Below are positions 46,727 to 55,892 of a DNA stretch of 61,997 nt, piece after piece. How positions within the stretch are numbered: the first letter of the stretch is position 1; each line of letters begins with the position of its first letter. The stretch is from a virus (lineage: Duplodnaviria > Caudoviricetes): IMG/VR virus record IMGVR_UViG_3300035661_000067, positions 1-61,997 of that record. One strand, written 5' to 3'. Under the pieces are notes generated by a model, which saw only the letters and a list, made by a program, of their open reading frames with translations, ran no database searches and was not told the origin of the DNA. The position numbers and the translations under genes were made by a program.

Positions 46727-46927
46727 TCAGGTGGATTGGCGGGCGATGCGTTGCATGGCTTCCTCGCGGGCCTGCATCAGAGCGTTCTCGACGGCCGCCA
46801 TGACGCTCTTGTCGGTGCCGGCCATGCTGATCCTGCAGGTGAAGGGCGGGCCGAACGGCATCGCATAACGGAGGGCGACATCAGTCAGTTCAGGGTCGGG
46901 CGGCAGGTTGGGATGCGGTAGGGTCAT
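46727..46927 (-). CDS. Hypothetical protein
   Basis: ATGA-coupled, GGAGG SD. Confidence 0.6.
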   Translation of the reverse strand: MTLPHPNLPPDPELTDVALRYAMPFGPPFTCRISMAGTDKSVMAAVENALMQAREEAMQRIARQST

Positions 46928-47214
46928 TTGGCCTCCAGTGCAGCGGCGATCCCGCCTTCGATGATTTCAAGGGCCTTCCGCGTCACGTTCTCGCGCAGCT
47001 TTCCCGCGATCTCGATATGCTTTGGGACCGGCGATGTCGTCCAGTGGGTGGTGACGCCCATTGATACGCCCTGGACCTCCCACTCGATGAAGACGTTGTT
47101 GTGCTTGGTCAGGGTCGGCGGCTCCCAGACCTGAGAGGTGCGCAGCCGGTCCAGTTCGGTCATGTCTCCACGCCCGAGGCTTTCGATCAGCCGGTGAAGG
47201 GATTGCAGGGTCAC
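46924..47214 (-). CDS. Hypothetical protein
   Basis: GTGA-coupled, AGGAGG SD. Confidence 0.65.
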   Translation of the reverse strand: MTLQSLHRLIESLGRGDMTELDRLRTSQVWEPPTLTKHNNVFIEWEVQGVSMGVTTHWTTSPVPKHIEIAGKLRENVTRKALEIIEGGIAAALEAK

Positions 47215-47492
47215 ATCCGCCTCCTGATCTCTTCCGCCCGCTTGGTCGCCTTCTCCACCACGGCGCAGGCCAGCACCTCCAGCGCCAGGTGATCGACACT
47301 CGGCCAGACGCCTTCGAGGTGGATATTCGTGCCATCCGGCATCTGGAAGGTGCAGAACATGGACGTGCAGAGCGGGCCTTTGCGCGTCTCCTCGCCTGGG
47401 GGCTGGGTGAACGGGGCGATTCCTGCGGCCTTGTTGGCCTCATCGACGGCCTCGCGCTTCGCTTCCTTCTTGTAGCGGTCGATGGGCCTCAT
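47211..47492 (-). CDS. Hypothetical protein
   Basis: ATGA-coupled, 93 aa. Confidence 0.65.
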   Translation of the reverse strand: MRPIDRYKKEAKREAVDEANKAAGIAPFTQPPGEETRKGPLCTSMFCTFQMPDGTNIHLEGVWPSVDHLALEVLACAVVEKATKRAEEIRRRM

Positions 47493-47767
47493 TTGCCCTT
47501 CCCCCGGCTCCGCCGCTGCTTGCGCTTGCCGTCGCGCCGCACAAAGACGGTGGACAGGTCAAACTCCACCTCGGGAGGCATTGGGGCCTGTATCGGCGAG
47601 CCAAGCGCCACCCTGAACCATGCCTTGATGCGCTGCCAGCGGGTCGGCGGGGTTCTGATGAACCTCTTGCTGAAGTAGGATTTGCTCACCGTATCCATGG
47701 CGAGAGCCTTCGCCCATCGGTCGATGCCGGCCTGATCCCCGAATGGCTTGTGTTCCGGGTTCGTCAT
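47489..47767 (-). CDS. 92-aa protein resembling the major capsid protein N-terminus
   Basis: AAGGAG SD, ATGA overlaps; PFGDQAGIDRWAKALAMDTVSKSYFSKRFI vs MCP PFGDARAIKRWSSLLASDMLSKQYFSKKFI. Confidence 0.8.
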   Translation of the reverse strand: MTNPEHKPFGDQAGIDRWAKALAMDTVSKSYFSKRFIRTPPTRWQRIKAWFRVALGSPIQAPMPPEVEFDLSTVFVRRDGKRKQRRSRGKGK

Positions 47768-48021
47768 GCTTTTGCTCCTTCGGAAAGCCACCCTTGGACG
47801 GTGGCGATGTCTGCTTCGGTCAGGAACATTTCGCGCGCCGAGGCGGCCATCGGCTGGCCTTTCCCGGTGATCTCCATCATCTGCGCCTTGTTGCAGTTGC
47901 GCTTGATGATGTGCGCTGGGTCGCCGGTCAGGGACGCGAAGTCCCATTGCACCTCAAGGGTGCGATCTTCCTGGTTCACGCGGGCGGTGAAAGCCTTGTT
48001 GATGGTCGGGATGATGCTCAT
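47764..48021 (-). CDS. Hypothetical protein
   Basis: ATGA-coupled to terL, GGAG SD. Confidence 0.7.
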   Translation of the reverse strand: MSIIPTINKAFTARVNQEDRTLEVQWDFASLTGDPAHIIKRNCNKAQMMEITGKGQPMAASAREMFLTEADIATVQGWLSEGAKA

Positions 48022-49682
48022 AGGACGGACGCTCCAAGGTGGCGGGTTTTGCGGCGGGTGGGGCGCTGCTGGAAGTCCAGAAGCGATGGCTCAAAGCCTT
48101 GCGCGCACTGGCGGATGCTGTCGGCGGCCTCGGTGTGGGGGCTGTCGTGGTCATGCTCGTCGGACCAGACGCCAAGCCGGGTGTTCCACTTCTTCTTGTA
48201 AGCCTGGAGGTGGGTGAGCCCGGCCTCGCAGCCCTTGGCGTCGAACCAATATTGCGAGAACTGGTTGCGGACCATGGTGATGCCATGCGTCAGGGTGTCC
48301 ACGCGCGGCACGATGTGGAACTGCCAGTCAGGGGCCAGCGATTGCAGTGCGTCGAGGGGCCTGCCGACCTTGTATTCAAGCTGGCGCTCGTGGTTGGCGT
48401 CGTGCGGGAGAAACATGCCGCCGAAGAGATAGCCCGTCTCGCGCAGGGTGCGGACATACCACTCGTAGCCATGCCCCCAATTCTCGATGAAGCCGATGAA
48501 CCTGTGCTGGGTGCCGACATACTGGTGCAGCCAGATCGCGGTTCCATCGCCCGAGCCGATGTCCCAGAACGTGTTGACCCGGATCGAGGGGATGTGCGGC
48601 ACGATACCAATCCGTCCGGCCATGCGGGATTGGGCAAGCTGGACAGCATACCATGTGCCTTCGGTCGATTTCTGCCAGCACTCGGCGGGGGTCGAGGGAT
48701 ATTCTCGCCACATCTTCTCCACGTCGCCCGAGAAGTCATTGTCGCGCATCGACACGTAGTAGGCGCGCTGCCAGAGGTCGAGGTGAACGTTCATGGTCGC
48801 CTCGACGGTGGCGAAGTAGGCATGATCGGCGTCGGTCATCGACACATGTGCCGGGTTCGTCCGGTAGTTGGGCTCGATGAACCACGGATAGAACTTGAAC
48901 GCCCATTCCTTCTGCCCAAGCTGGCGCGGCGCGGCCTGCAAGGACTGGTGCAGCACCTCGGCGCGGTGCGCGATGTCGTAGAACGCGCCCTCTTGCCCCT
49001 CGGCGGTCGATTCAATGACGGCGATCTGGTTCTGAGGCACGGCAGGCAGGGAGCCGGTGATGATCTCCACGGCCTTCTGAGGGAACTTCGCGGCGATCTT
49101 GCCCATTTCGCTGATATGCAGCCGGTGGATGGTGCCGGAGCGCATCGAGGTCGCCACGCGGATGCTGGAGTTGTTGTGCGCCCAGAGCAATTCCTTGGTG
49201 GTCTTGCGCCCGAGTGGCGTCATAGCCTGGAGGAAGTCGGGCAGATGCTCGTAGGCGAACAGCACCTTGTCTCGCAGGATTTCAGCGGCGGGGTCCATGT
49301 GATGGGCGATGATCCCGACACGCTGGTTGGCGTTGAAGAGCGCATGGTCTGTCCAGCACAGCGCAATGGCGGTCGTGAATCCAAGCTGCCGGGCCTTGAG
49401 TATCACCGTGCGGTTGTGGAGATTGGTCAGGAAGTCCTGTTGCGCGGCGTTCGGCACGAAGGGCGCGATGGTGCCCGGGTCTCCGTCATCCTCACCCTTG
49501 ATGAGGATCTGATAGAGCCAGCCTGAGCCCAGCCGCCACTCGACACTGCCGAGGCAGTCGGTGATGTCCTGCTCGCTGGATGGGATGAAGTGCGCCGCGA
49601 CATCAGTGACTGGGAAGACCGAGGGAAGCACCAGCTTCGCGCCCGCCTTGCCAGTGATTGCACCGAGGCCAGACATCAGCAT
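48018..49682 (-). CDS. terL: Terminase large subunit
   Basis: ILKARQLGFTT, LHISE, IESTAEG, WDIG..D.TAIW, LPHDA, HD..H..AADS. Confidence 0.95.
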   Translation of the reverse strand: MLMSGLGAITGKAGAKLVLPSVFPVTDVAAHFIPSSEQDITDCLGSVEWRLGSGWLYQILIKGEDDGDPGTIAPFVPNAAQQDFLTNLHNRTVILKARQLGFTTAIALCWTDHALFNANQRVGIIAHHMDPAAEILRDKVLFAYEHLPDFLQAMTPLGRKTTKELLWAHNNSSIRVATSMRSGTIHRLHISEMGKIAAKFPQKAVEIITGSLPAVPQNQIAVIESTAEGQEGAFYDIAHRAEVLHQSLQAAPRQLGQKEWAFKFYPWFIEPNYRTNPAHVSMTDADHAYFATVEATMNVHLDLWQRAYYVSMRDNDFSGDVEKMWREYPSTPAECWQKSTEGTWYAVQLAQSRMAGRIGIVPHIPSIRVNTFWDIGSGDGTAIWLHQYVGTQHRFIGFIENWGHGYEWYVRTLRETGYLFGGMFLPHDANHERQLEYKVGRPLDALQSLAPDWQFHIVPRVDTLTHGITMVRNQFSQYWFDAKGCEAGLTHLQAYKKKWNTRLGVWSDEHDHDSPHTEAADSIRQCAQGFEPSLLDFQQRPTRRKTRHLGASVL

Positions 49683-49685
49683 GCA

Positions 49686-50315
49686 TTACTCCGCCGCATC
49701 GAGGGTTCGGTCGGGGTTAACGATCCGTATCGGTGGCCGGCCAGAGCCCAGCGGGCCCATGATCCGCACGGGAAGCGCAGAGCCGCGCGCCAAGAGTTCG
49801 CGGAAGGCATCGGCCAGCGGGTTCGGAGGCACGTTGTTCGGGCCTTCCTTGAAAAGCCCGAGGTGTTTGCCCAGCAGTTCGAGGGCCTTCATCTGGTCGT
49901 AGGGCTTGATCTTGACCTTCTTGACGGTCCTCGCCTCATCGCCCACGCCTTCGATGTAAGTTTCGATGGTGACTTCGGCCAGGGTGTCGATCTGCGCTGG
50001 GGTGACGTTCGCGGTATTCACGCAGAGATCACCACCCTCATTCACCGACACGAAGGCAGACATGCCGGTGAAGGCCAAGAGGCTCAGCCGGTCCACGATG
50101 TCATCGACGGTCTTGACGTGACGGCGCTTCGCATCGCCGAGTCCGGCCTGCAGGGCCGCCGCCACATTATCCTTGCTCATCAAGCGGCTCGCGTTTTGGG
50201 CTGCTCCTGTCGGGGAATAGCCCGCTGCGATGTAAGCCTGGGTCTGGTTCTTACCTTCGATGACGGCCTCAACGAAGAGGCGCTCGCGGACAGTCAGCTT
50301 GATGTTGTCCGCCAT
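49686..50315 (-). CDS. terS: Terminase small subunit
   Basis: FV......NQTQAYIAAGYS..GA...ASRL; K.K.YD..KALELLGKHLG. Confidence 0.9.
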   Translation of the reverse strand: MADNIKLTVRERLFVEAVIEGKNQTQAYIAAGYSPTGAAQNASRLMSKDNVAAALQAGLGDAKRRHVKTVDDIVDRLSLLAFTGMSAFVSVNEGGDLCVNTANVTPAQIDTLAEVTIETYIEGVGDEARTVKKVKIKPYDQMKALELLGKHLGLFKEGPNNVPPNPLADAFRELLARGSALPVRIMGPLGSGRPPIRIVNPDRTLDAAE

Positions 50316-50467
50316 GAAAAGGCCCACAATCCTTGGGGAAATTGCGGGCCAGTATCCGTCATGATGTGCGTTCGCGCAAGGTGGTGCGTTGTGCGTTCCG
50401 GGTTCGTCTATATGTGGCGCGACGAATATCCGCGGTCGGTTATCTTCGCGGGCCGAAAACTATAAGG

Positions 50468-50749
50468 TCAGTCCTCCAATGGGCTGATGGGTTTGGCGAG
50501 GCTCGGTCCGGGCCTGCGGCCCGTCTTCTTCTCCTCCAGGATCGCCAGATAGGATTGGTGGATGTTCGCCATCACGGGGTCGGGCTCGAAGTCATCCTTG
50601 CCGGTCCACGCTTCCAGCTTGCTGATGATCTTCTTCGCCATGAACAGCCCTGAGGTGTTGCCATCGCGCGCCTCGCTATTCTCGTGGTCCTGCACGATAT
50701 GGCGCAGCACCTCCCATTCCCGCTTGGTCAGCTTGATGTGACGGGCCAT
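50468..50749 (-). CDS. Hypothetical protein
   Basis: GGAG SD; MARHIKLTKREWEVL. Confidence 0.65.
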   Translation of the reverse strand: MARHIKLTKREWEVLRHIVQDHENSEARDGNTSGLFMAKKIISKLEAWTGKDDFEPDPVMANIHQSYLAILEEKKTGRRPGPSLAKPISPLED

Positions 50750-50750
50750 G

Positions 50751-51179
50751 TCAGTTCTCCTCCAGAACGGCTGTCCGCAGTGCTGCGAAGGCGGGCCATC
50801 GCTTGATCCCGGGCTTGGCAGGGTTGCACCAGCCAGCGCCAGTGTTCGGGCTGACGCCAAGGCTCTCCCATGCCTGCGCGCGGCTGCGGAAGCCCTTCTT
50901 GAAGCACAGCGCGTCGATCAGGACCGAGGTATCATCCGATGTGATCTCCTGGTCGATGCGTGGCTCCAGTTTCTTGAGGTAGCCGGTGGTGAAGGCGGCG
51001 CTGCGCTTCATTCGCTCGGCCAGAGTCTCGCTCTCCATGCCGAACAAGTCCCAGCCCTGCTCGATGTCCTTCCGCATCGCCACGGCTCCCAGCCCCCGGG
51101 CGCGGTCGGGCTCGCGGGTCATGGCCTCCCGCAGCAGCATGGCCTGATAGATCAACGTCTCGCCGATGGTCATCATCAC
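50751..51179 (-). CDS. Putative HTH DNA-binding protein
   Basis: SRAQAWESLGVSPNTGAGW resembles an HTH. Confidence 0.55.
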   Translation of the reverse strand: MMMTIGETLIYQAMLLREAMTREPDRARGLGAVAMRKDIEQGWDLFGMESETLAERMKRSAAFTTGYLKKLEPRIDQEITSDDTSVLIDALCFKKGFRSRAQAWESLGVSPNTGAGWCNPAKPGIKRWPAFAALRTAVLEEN

Positions 51180-52105
51180 ACGCCCTCCAGCATGTCTTGA
51201 GCCTCGTCGCGGCTGATCGGCATGAGGTTAGATCGCTCACATGCGGCAGTCATCGCCCATTGGGCCATCTGCGCGGCCCCTTCGGTCTGGGTGTCGCCGG
51301 TCCCGGGGATCAGCCCCGTGGCGCGCTCTTCCATCAGAGCGTCGAGGGTATCCCACGCCCAGCGCGGGGCATAGCGGCTGATGATCTCGCTGTCGTGCAG
51401 CTTTTCCTCACGGGCGCGCTCTTCGTCCACTGCATCCCACAGATCTTCCGGGGTCATACCGGCCTCTTGGGCCTTGCAATAGGCTTGCATCGCCAGCCAG
51501 ACGGCCTCTTTCGCCGGGTCGAGGGTGCGGGGTGGGCCGCCATTGGTGGGCATGATGCGCGCAAGCGAATCGCGGATGGCGGCGTTCATCGCGGCCTGCT
51601 TATCGTTCAGGGTGTCGGCCACGATCTTGCTCATCGGGCGCTCGGGCTCGGGTGGGGCTCCAGCGTTGGGCAGGTTCTGCCATGTGCGGACCTGCTCGCC
51701 CTCGGGGCCAAGCCAATCGCTGCCCTCGGGGCTGTTGTTCTTGCCGCACTTCGGGCAGTCATCGTCGCATTGCGCGGACCAGTCATCGGACCATGCCGTG
51801 CCACAGTCTCCGCAGACGTAGTTGTTCGACCAGACACAGGGGTTGCCGTCGCCATCGACGTTGAGGTTGTCGAAGCCGGGTTGGTCCGCCAGATCTGCGC
51901 GCGTCTCGGGCCGGAAGGCTTCTTCGATGATGATGGGTTCCGGGGCGCGGCGTTTCACGGTGCGAGCCGGCGACGGGACAGGGGCCTCGGAAGGCGGCGG
52001 CGCGCCTGCGATTGCGCCCATCTGGGCCTTGAGGCGGGCGAGGTCGGCGGCGTGGTCCCGCTCGGCTTGGGCGATTTCTTCGGGGGTCAGGGTGATCTTG
52101 GCCAT
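51176..52105 (-). CDS. Hypothetical protein with zinc ribbon
   Basis: GAGGA SD; NNYVCGDCG..WSD.WS..CDDDCPKCG. Confidence 0.7.
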   Translation of the reverse strand: MAKITLTPEEIAQAERDHAADLARLKAQMGAIAGAPPPSEAPVPSPARTVKRRAPEPIIIEEAFRPETRADLADQPGFDNLNVDGDGNPCVWSNNYVCGDCGTAWSDDWSAQCDDDCPKCGKNNSPEGSDWLGPEGEQVRTWQNLPNAGAPPEPERPMSKIVADTLNDKQAAMNAAIRDSLARIMPTNGGPPRTLDPAKEAVWLAMQAYCKAQEAGMTPEDLWDAVDEERAREEKLHDSEIISRYAPRWAWDTLDALMEERATGLIPGTGDTQTEGAAQMAQWAMTAACERSNLMPISRDEAQDMLEGV

Positions 52106-52118
52106 TTCTTCCTCTGGG

Positions 52119-52436
52119 TTATCGCTCAAGGGGGCCATCGGCCCATCCCATCGCGCGGTGGATCGCGTCACGATAGCGGAACAGGTGGTGTATCGCTATG
52201 CCTTGGTCCTCGGCCCTGCTCATCTTCGGGACCATGAGCCAAAGCCCGTTTGCCGATGTCTCGGCGAGGCTTTCGGCGACGAGGCGCATGGAATACGCGC
52301 TGTCTTGGTAGGCGAAGGTGATCGCGATAGGGCTGTCCCATGTCATATGGGGGCTGGCCCGCCATGTCGGGGCGAAGCTGACCATGCCGGTCGGCGTTGC
52401 CAAGACGTAGAGGGCGGGCCAGCGGTGAAGCATCAC
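52119..52436 (-). CDS. Hypothetical protein
   Basis: GTGA-coupled; protein-like composition. Confidence 0.55.
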   Translation of the reverse strand: MMLHRWPALYVLATPTGMVSFAPTWRASPHMTWDSPIAITFAYQDSAYSMRLVAESLAETSANGLWLMVPKMSRAEDQGIAIHHLFRYRDAIHRAMGWADGPLER

Positions 52437-53071
52437 GCCCTCGGCTTGAGGTCCGGCAGGACGAATAGCCTTCCATAGACACTGATGGTCAGGTCGGTCA
52501 GTTCATATTCCGGCCCCAGCATGGCATGCATGGCCTCCACCAGCGATGCCGGGATCACCATGGGCGGCCCCACAGGCAAATCCGGACCAGCGGCGCGATA
52601 GGTGTCGGCGGCGAGGGACCGGATCACCTCGCGCACCACGGTCACGCAGGCTTTCAGCCGGTCGATCTCCTTGTTGCTCGTCTCAAGGTCGCGCTCGCGG
52701 TTCTTGCCCTCGGCCAGCAGGGCCTGGGTCATGCCCTCCAGCTTGCGCGACATGTCGGCAGTGGTTTCGCGCTCCCGCCTAAGGGTTCCCACGGTCCAAT
52801 TCAGGTCGCGGTGAAGCGCGCCAATCCTGCCATCGCGCTCGATGATCGCGCTGGCCTGCAGTGCGTTTGTGGCATGAAGGGCCTCCAGTTCGCCCTTTAG
52901 GTTGACGATCAGCACGGCCTGCCGGCTGATTTGGTCCCGCAGCTTCATCGCCTTGGCCTTGCGGCGCTGCTTCTTCGCGGCCTTCTTGGCTCGCGCGTTT
53001 GCGGCGATTTGGGCTTCTTCGTCGGCGGTCAGTTCTTCCTGATCGCGGATGTAGTCTTCAAGGTTGCTCAT
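52433..53071 (-). CDS. Coiled-coil hypothetical protein
   Basis: GAAGGA SD; heptad pattern. Confidence 0.7.
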   Translation of the reverse strand: MSNLEDYIRDQEELTADEEAQIAANARAKKAAKKQRRKAKAMKLRDQISRQAVLIVNLKGELEALHATNALQASAIIERDGRIGALHRDLNWTVGTLRRERETTADMSRKLEGMTQALLAEGKNRERDLETSNKEIDRLKACVTVVREVIRSLAADTYRAAGPDLPVGPPMVIPASLVEAMHAMLGPEYELTDLTISVYGRLFVLPDLKPRA

Positions 53072-53330
53072 GGTCTTTGTCCTTCTGGGTTTCACGTGAA
53101 ACATAGCGGTAGATCGCCACGACAATGTGGCGGGTTTCGCGCTTGGGCTTGGGCTGCCAAGATATACCGGGCTGATCCTTCGGTAGTTGGCGCACGGGCA
53201 AGTCGATGGTGCCCTGCAGCGTTTTCACTAGGTCGATGTCGCCCTTCCGGTGGAGGCGCAGATAATGCTCCAGCTCGCGGTCGGCCTCGGCTTGGGTGTC
53301 GTAGGCCGACACGACCTTGATCTGGGTCAC
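53058..53330 (-). CDS. Hypothetical protein
   Basis: GAGGT SD, GTGA coupling; VTQIKVVSAYDT. Confidence 0.6.
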   Translation of the reverse strand: MTQIKVVSAYDTQAEADRELEHYLRLHRKGDIDLVKTLQGTIDLPVRQLPKDQPGISWQPKPKRETRHIVVAIYRYVSRETQKDKDHEQP

Positions 53331-53776
53331 AGCGTCACCTCGAACCGGTGAAGGCTGAACCATGTTTCGGCGGGATCGGTGAAGCTGTAGAAGTCTTGGG
53401 CGGCGGCGGCAAACCCATGCGGCATGGTAGACCAATCGCGCTTCCAGTTGCGCCCCAGCCACGCCAGACCGGCAAGATGCGCTTGCTCTTCCGAGGTATA
53501 GGGCTCGGACACAGCGCCATCGTCGCCGCAGGACATGAGAATCCAGATCGTGCGGCGGGTCGGGTGCGCCTCGCGCCACGCATGGACGAAGCTGCCCAGC
53601 CAGTTGATGTGCTGGAAATTGCAGTCCTCGCGGGGGATGAGATACATCAGCAGGTCGAGGGCATGCTTGGCCGGGTAGTTGGTGGCCTGCAGGAATGCGC
53701 CGTAGGCCGCGCACAGATCCATGGGGATCATGCCGTCCAGTTCGGCGGCGGGTGGAAACTCGTAGATGTGGTTCAT
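53327..53776 (-). CDS. Hypothetical protein
   Basis: GGAG SD; 149 aa. Confidence 0.7.
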   Translation of the reverse strand: MNHIYEFPPAAELDGMIPMDLCAAYGAFLQATNYPAKHALDLLMYLIPREDCNFQHINWLGSFVHAWREAHPTRRTIWILMSCGDDGAVSEPYTSEEQAHLAGLAWLGRNWKRDWSTMPHGFAAAAQDFYSFTDPAETWFSLHRFEVTL

Positions 53777-53870
53777 TTCTTGGCTCCCTGGCGGGCGGCG
53801 CGCATATCAGAGCGATATGCGGCCAAGGTGAGGATCGCGGCGAAGTAGCCACAGATGAGGTGTTCGAGGG

Positions 53871-53996
53871 TCATCCGGCCCGCTCCTGCTCTTGCTCGTG
53901 CCGAAGCGCGGCCAAGACGCTGTTGGCGTCGGCCAGTTCGGCCAGTTCGGCCAGTTCGGCCAGCGCGTCGATGATGCGCTCGATGCGGGCGGTCAT
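53871..53996 (-). CDS. Small hypothetical protein with AEL repeats
   Basis: MTARIERIIDALAELAELAELAD; 9-bp GGCCAGTTC tandem. Confidence 0.5.
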   Translation of the reverse strand: MTARIERIIDALAELAELAELADANSVLAALRHEQEQERAG

Positions 53997-53997
53997 G

Positions 53998-54558
53998 TCA
54001 GCCCCCCACCGAGAAGGGCATGCAGCAGACCCAGCCATCCTCGGGCTTCTCGTCGTCGTAGCTTTCGCCAATCTTCTCGATGTCGGCGTCGATGATCGCC
54101 AGCAGGCGGTCATGCTCGGCCATTGCCGCGGATTTCGTCGCCCAGAGGCTCACGTTCCGGCCCGGAATGTAGGGGTGGCAACCATCCACCATCCAGACGG
54201 TCGCGCCCTCCAGCGTCAGAACCTGCGCCACGGCGAAGTCGTTGGCCTTCTTCATCACGGCCTCGGTCCCCGGGTCGGTGGTGTAGTCGCTGATTACGCC
54301 CCACTCGTTGCCATGGACGAACATGACCCAGCCGAAGGGCTTCTTGCCGTCCTTGGTGTAGAAGTCGAAGAGGGTTTCGCCGGTCGCGGCCACCTCGGCC
54401 CGGATCGCCTCCGGGTCGGTCATGGGGTTTGCCGGGTCGCTGCCATCGCCGTAGGCATCCCGCACGTCGATCTGGCCACCATCGGCCAGCGCAGAGGCGA
54501 TCACGATGTCGATGATCCGGGCCTCAATGGGGTTCATCCAGTCGGGATAGCAGTTCAT
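53998..54558 (-). CDS. Hypothetical protein
   Basis: TGATG coupling; GWVMFVHGN...VISDY motif. Confidence 0.7.
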   Translation of the reverse strand: MNCYPDWMNPIEARIIDIVIASALADGGQIDVRDAYGDGSDPANPMTDPEAIRAEVAATGETLFDFYTKDGKKPFGWVMFVHGNEWGVISDYTTDPGTEAVMKKANDFAVAQVLTLEGATVWMVDGCHPYIPGRNVSLWATKSAAMAEHDRLLAIIDADIEKIGESYDDEKPEDGWVCCMPFSVGG

Positions 54559-55058
54559 CAGAGAGCTCCACGGAACAGGGCCACGGCCTCGGCGCGCGGC
54601 AGGGTGTTGAGTATGATCAGGTGTGGATGGTTCTTGGCGACGGATGCGACCGCCGCGTCCACGGTGCTGCCCTTGGGTATGCCCCACTGGCGAACGCCCC
54701 TCTTGCCGGGCTCGACGGCAAGCGCGGCCTTGCGGCGGGCTTTGTCGAAGTCCTTGCCGATCATCCAGTCCTCCAGCAGCCCGGCGCAGACCATTTCGAG
54801 GTCATTGCTCAGCTTCCTGCCGTAGGCTTCGATGGGCGGAAGGGTCCGGCAGAACGAATCGGCGGCGTTGTAGATCGCCTGATCGGCCTTCCAGTCCTCG
54901 GGGGTCTTGCCCATGGGCCGGAAGCTGTCGCAGCCGCCGTGCCCATCATTGGACACGGTGCCGATCTTCTTGCCGTCGATGATGAGGAATGCGCTGTAGC
55001 ACGAGGTTTCCTCGCTCATGCGCTCCGAGTGTTCGATGCCGGTCAGTTCGATTTTCAT
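54558..55058 (-). CDS. Hypothetical early protein
   Basis: MSEETSCYSA.L.IDGK....VSNDGHGG, a recurrent phage motif. Confidence 0.75.
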   Translation of the reverse strand: MKIELTGIEHSERMSEETSCYSAFLIIDGKKIGTVSNDGHGGCDSFRPMGKTPEDWKADQAIYNAADSFCRTLPPIEAYGRKLSNDLEMVCAGLLEDWMIGKDFDKARRKAALAVEPGKRGVRQWGIPKGSTVDAAVASVAKNHPHLIILNTLPRAEAVALFRGAL

Positions 55059-55063
55059 GGTTT

Positions 55064-55810
55064 TCACTCCCCAATGGAGGCGACAGTCACCTCGCCGATG
55101 CTGTTGCCGTTGCTGTCCTGCAGGGCCAGCCAGCCCGGCAGTCCGTCTTGCTCTGCGATGTCGGCCAGCTTCCGCAGGATGCGGGCCACCTCGCTCATGG
55201 GCTCGTCCGCGAAAGCGTCGTTCTCGGTATCGAACCAAATGGTGATGCGCTCGCCCATGTCAGCCTTGGCAACCTCACCCCAAGCGTCGGAATAGGCGGC
55301 GAGCCAAGCTCTCACCGGGCTCCCGATCACGCCCTCCAGTTCCTCCATCTTGGCAAGCCCATCGACCGGCTCAAAGCCATGGTGCGCGGCAAACAGGACC
55401 AGTTGCTCATTCAGCGCCATGGCGTCGAGCCCGATAAGCCCTTCCTTGGGCAGGTATGCCGGAGCGGGCGGGTCGATCTGCGGCAGCACGACCTCGGTCA
55501 TGCGGGGCTTGGTGAAGAGCATGGCGGCGATGTCCATGGGTGCGTTGGGTCGGGTCCAGCAGTTGCAGCCCTCGCGGTCCATGCCGTCCTGCCACGATCG
55601 CTGCGAATTGTGATACATGGTCGCCCCGGCGTCGTAGCAGTGCAGCACTTCCTCAGCATTGAACCGGCAGTGCTGGCGCAGCTTGAACTCGCCGTCGATG
55701 TGGCGCGAGTGATCCATGAAGGTGACGATCCCGTCATCATGCAGCGTAGCGATGATGATCTGGCCGTTGGCGGCATACTGTCTGCCGGTCTGGAAGGCGA
55801 TGGTTTTCAC
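55064..55810 (-). CDS. Hypothetical early protein
   Basis: AGGAG SD plus GTG; FQTGRQY..NGQ; DTENDAF...EVARILR...L.D.NGN.IG. Confidence 0.75.
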   Translation of the reverse strand: MKTIAFQTGRQYAANGQIIIATLHDDGIVTFMDHSRHIDGEFKLRQHCRFNAEEVLHCYDAGATMYHNSQRSWQDGMDREGCNCWTRPNAPMDIAAMLFTKPRMTEVVLPQIDPPAPAYLPKEGLIGLDAMALNEQLVLFAAHHGFEPVDGLAKMEELEGVIGSPVRAWLAAYSDAWGEVAKADMGERITIWFDTENDAFADEPMSEVARILRKLADIAEQDGLPGWLALQDSNGNSIGEVTVASIGE

Positions 55811-55854
55811 TAGTTTCTCCTAGGTAGCTGTCAGTAGTTGTGGTGTCGTGGCCT

Positions 55855-55886
55855 ATAGCAATAATGGTTGCCACAACCACTGTCAA
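55855..55886 (-). promoter_or_regulatory. Sigma70-type promoter with spacer palindrome
   Basis: TTGACA at 55886-55881; TGGTTG-N3-CAACCA at 55865-55879; AT-rich -10 region. Confidence 0.6.
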
Positions 55887-55892
55887 GCCCCC

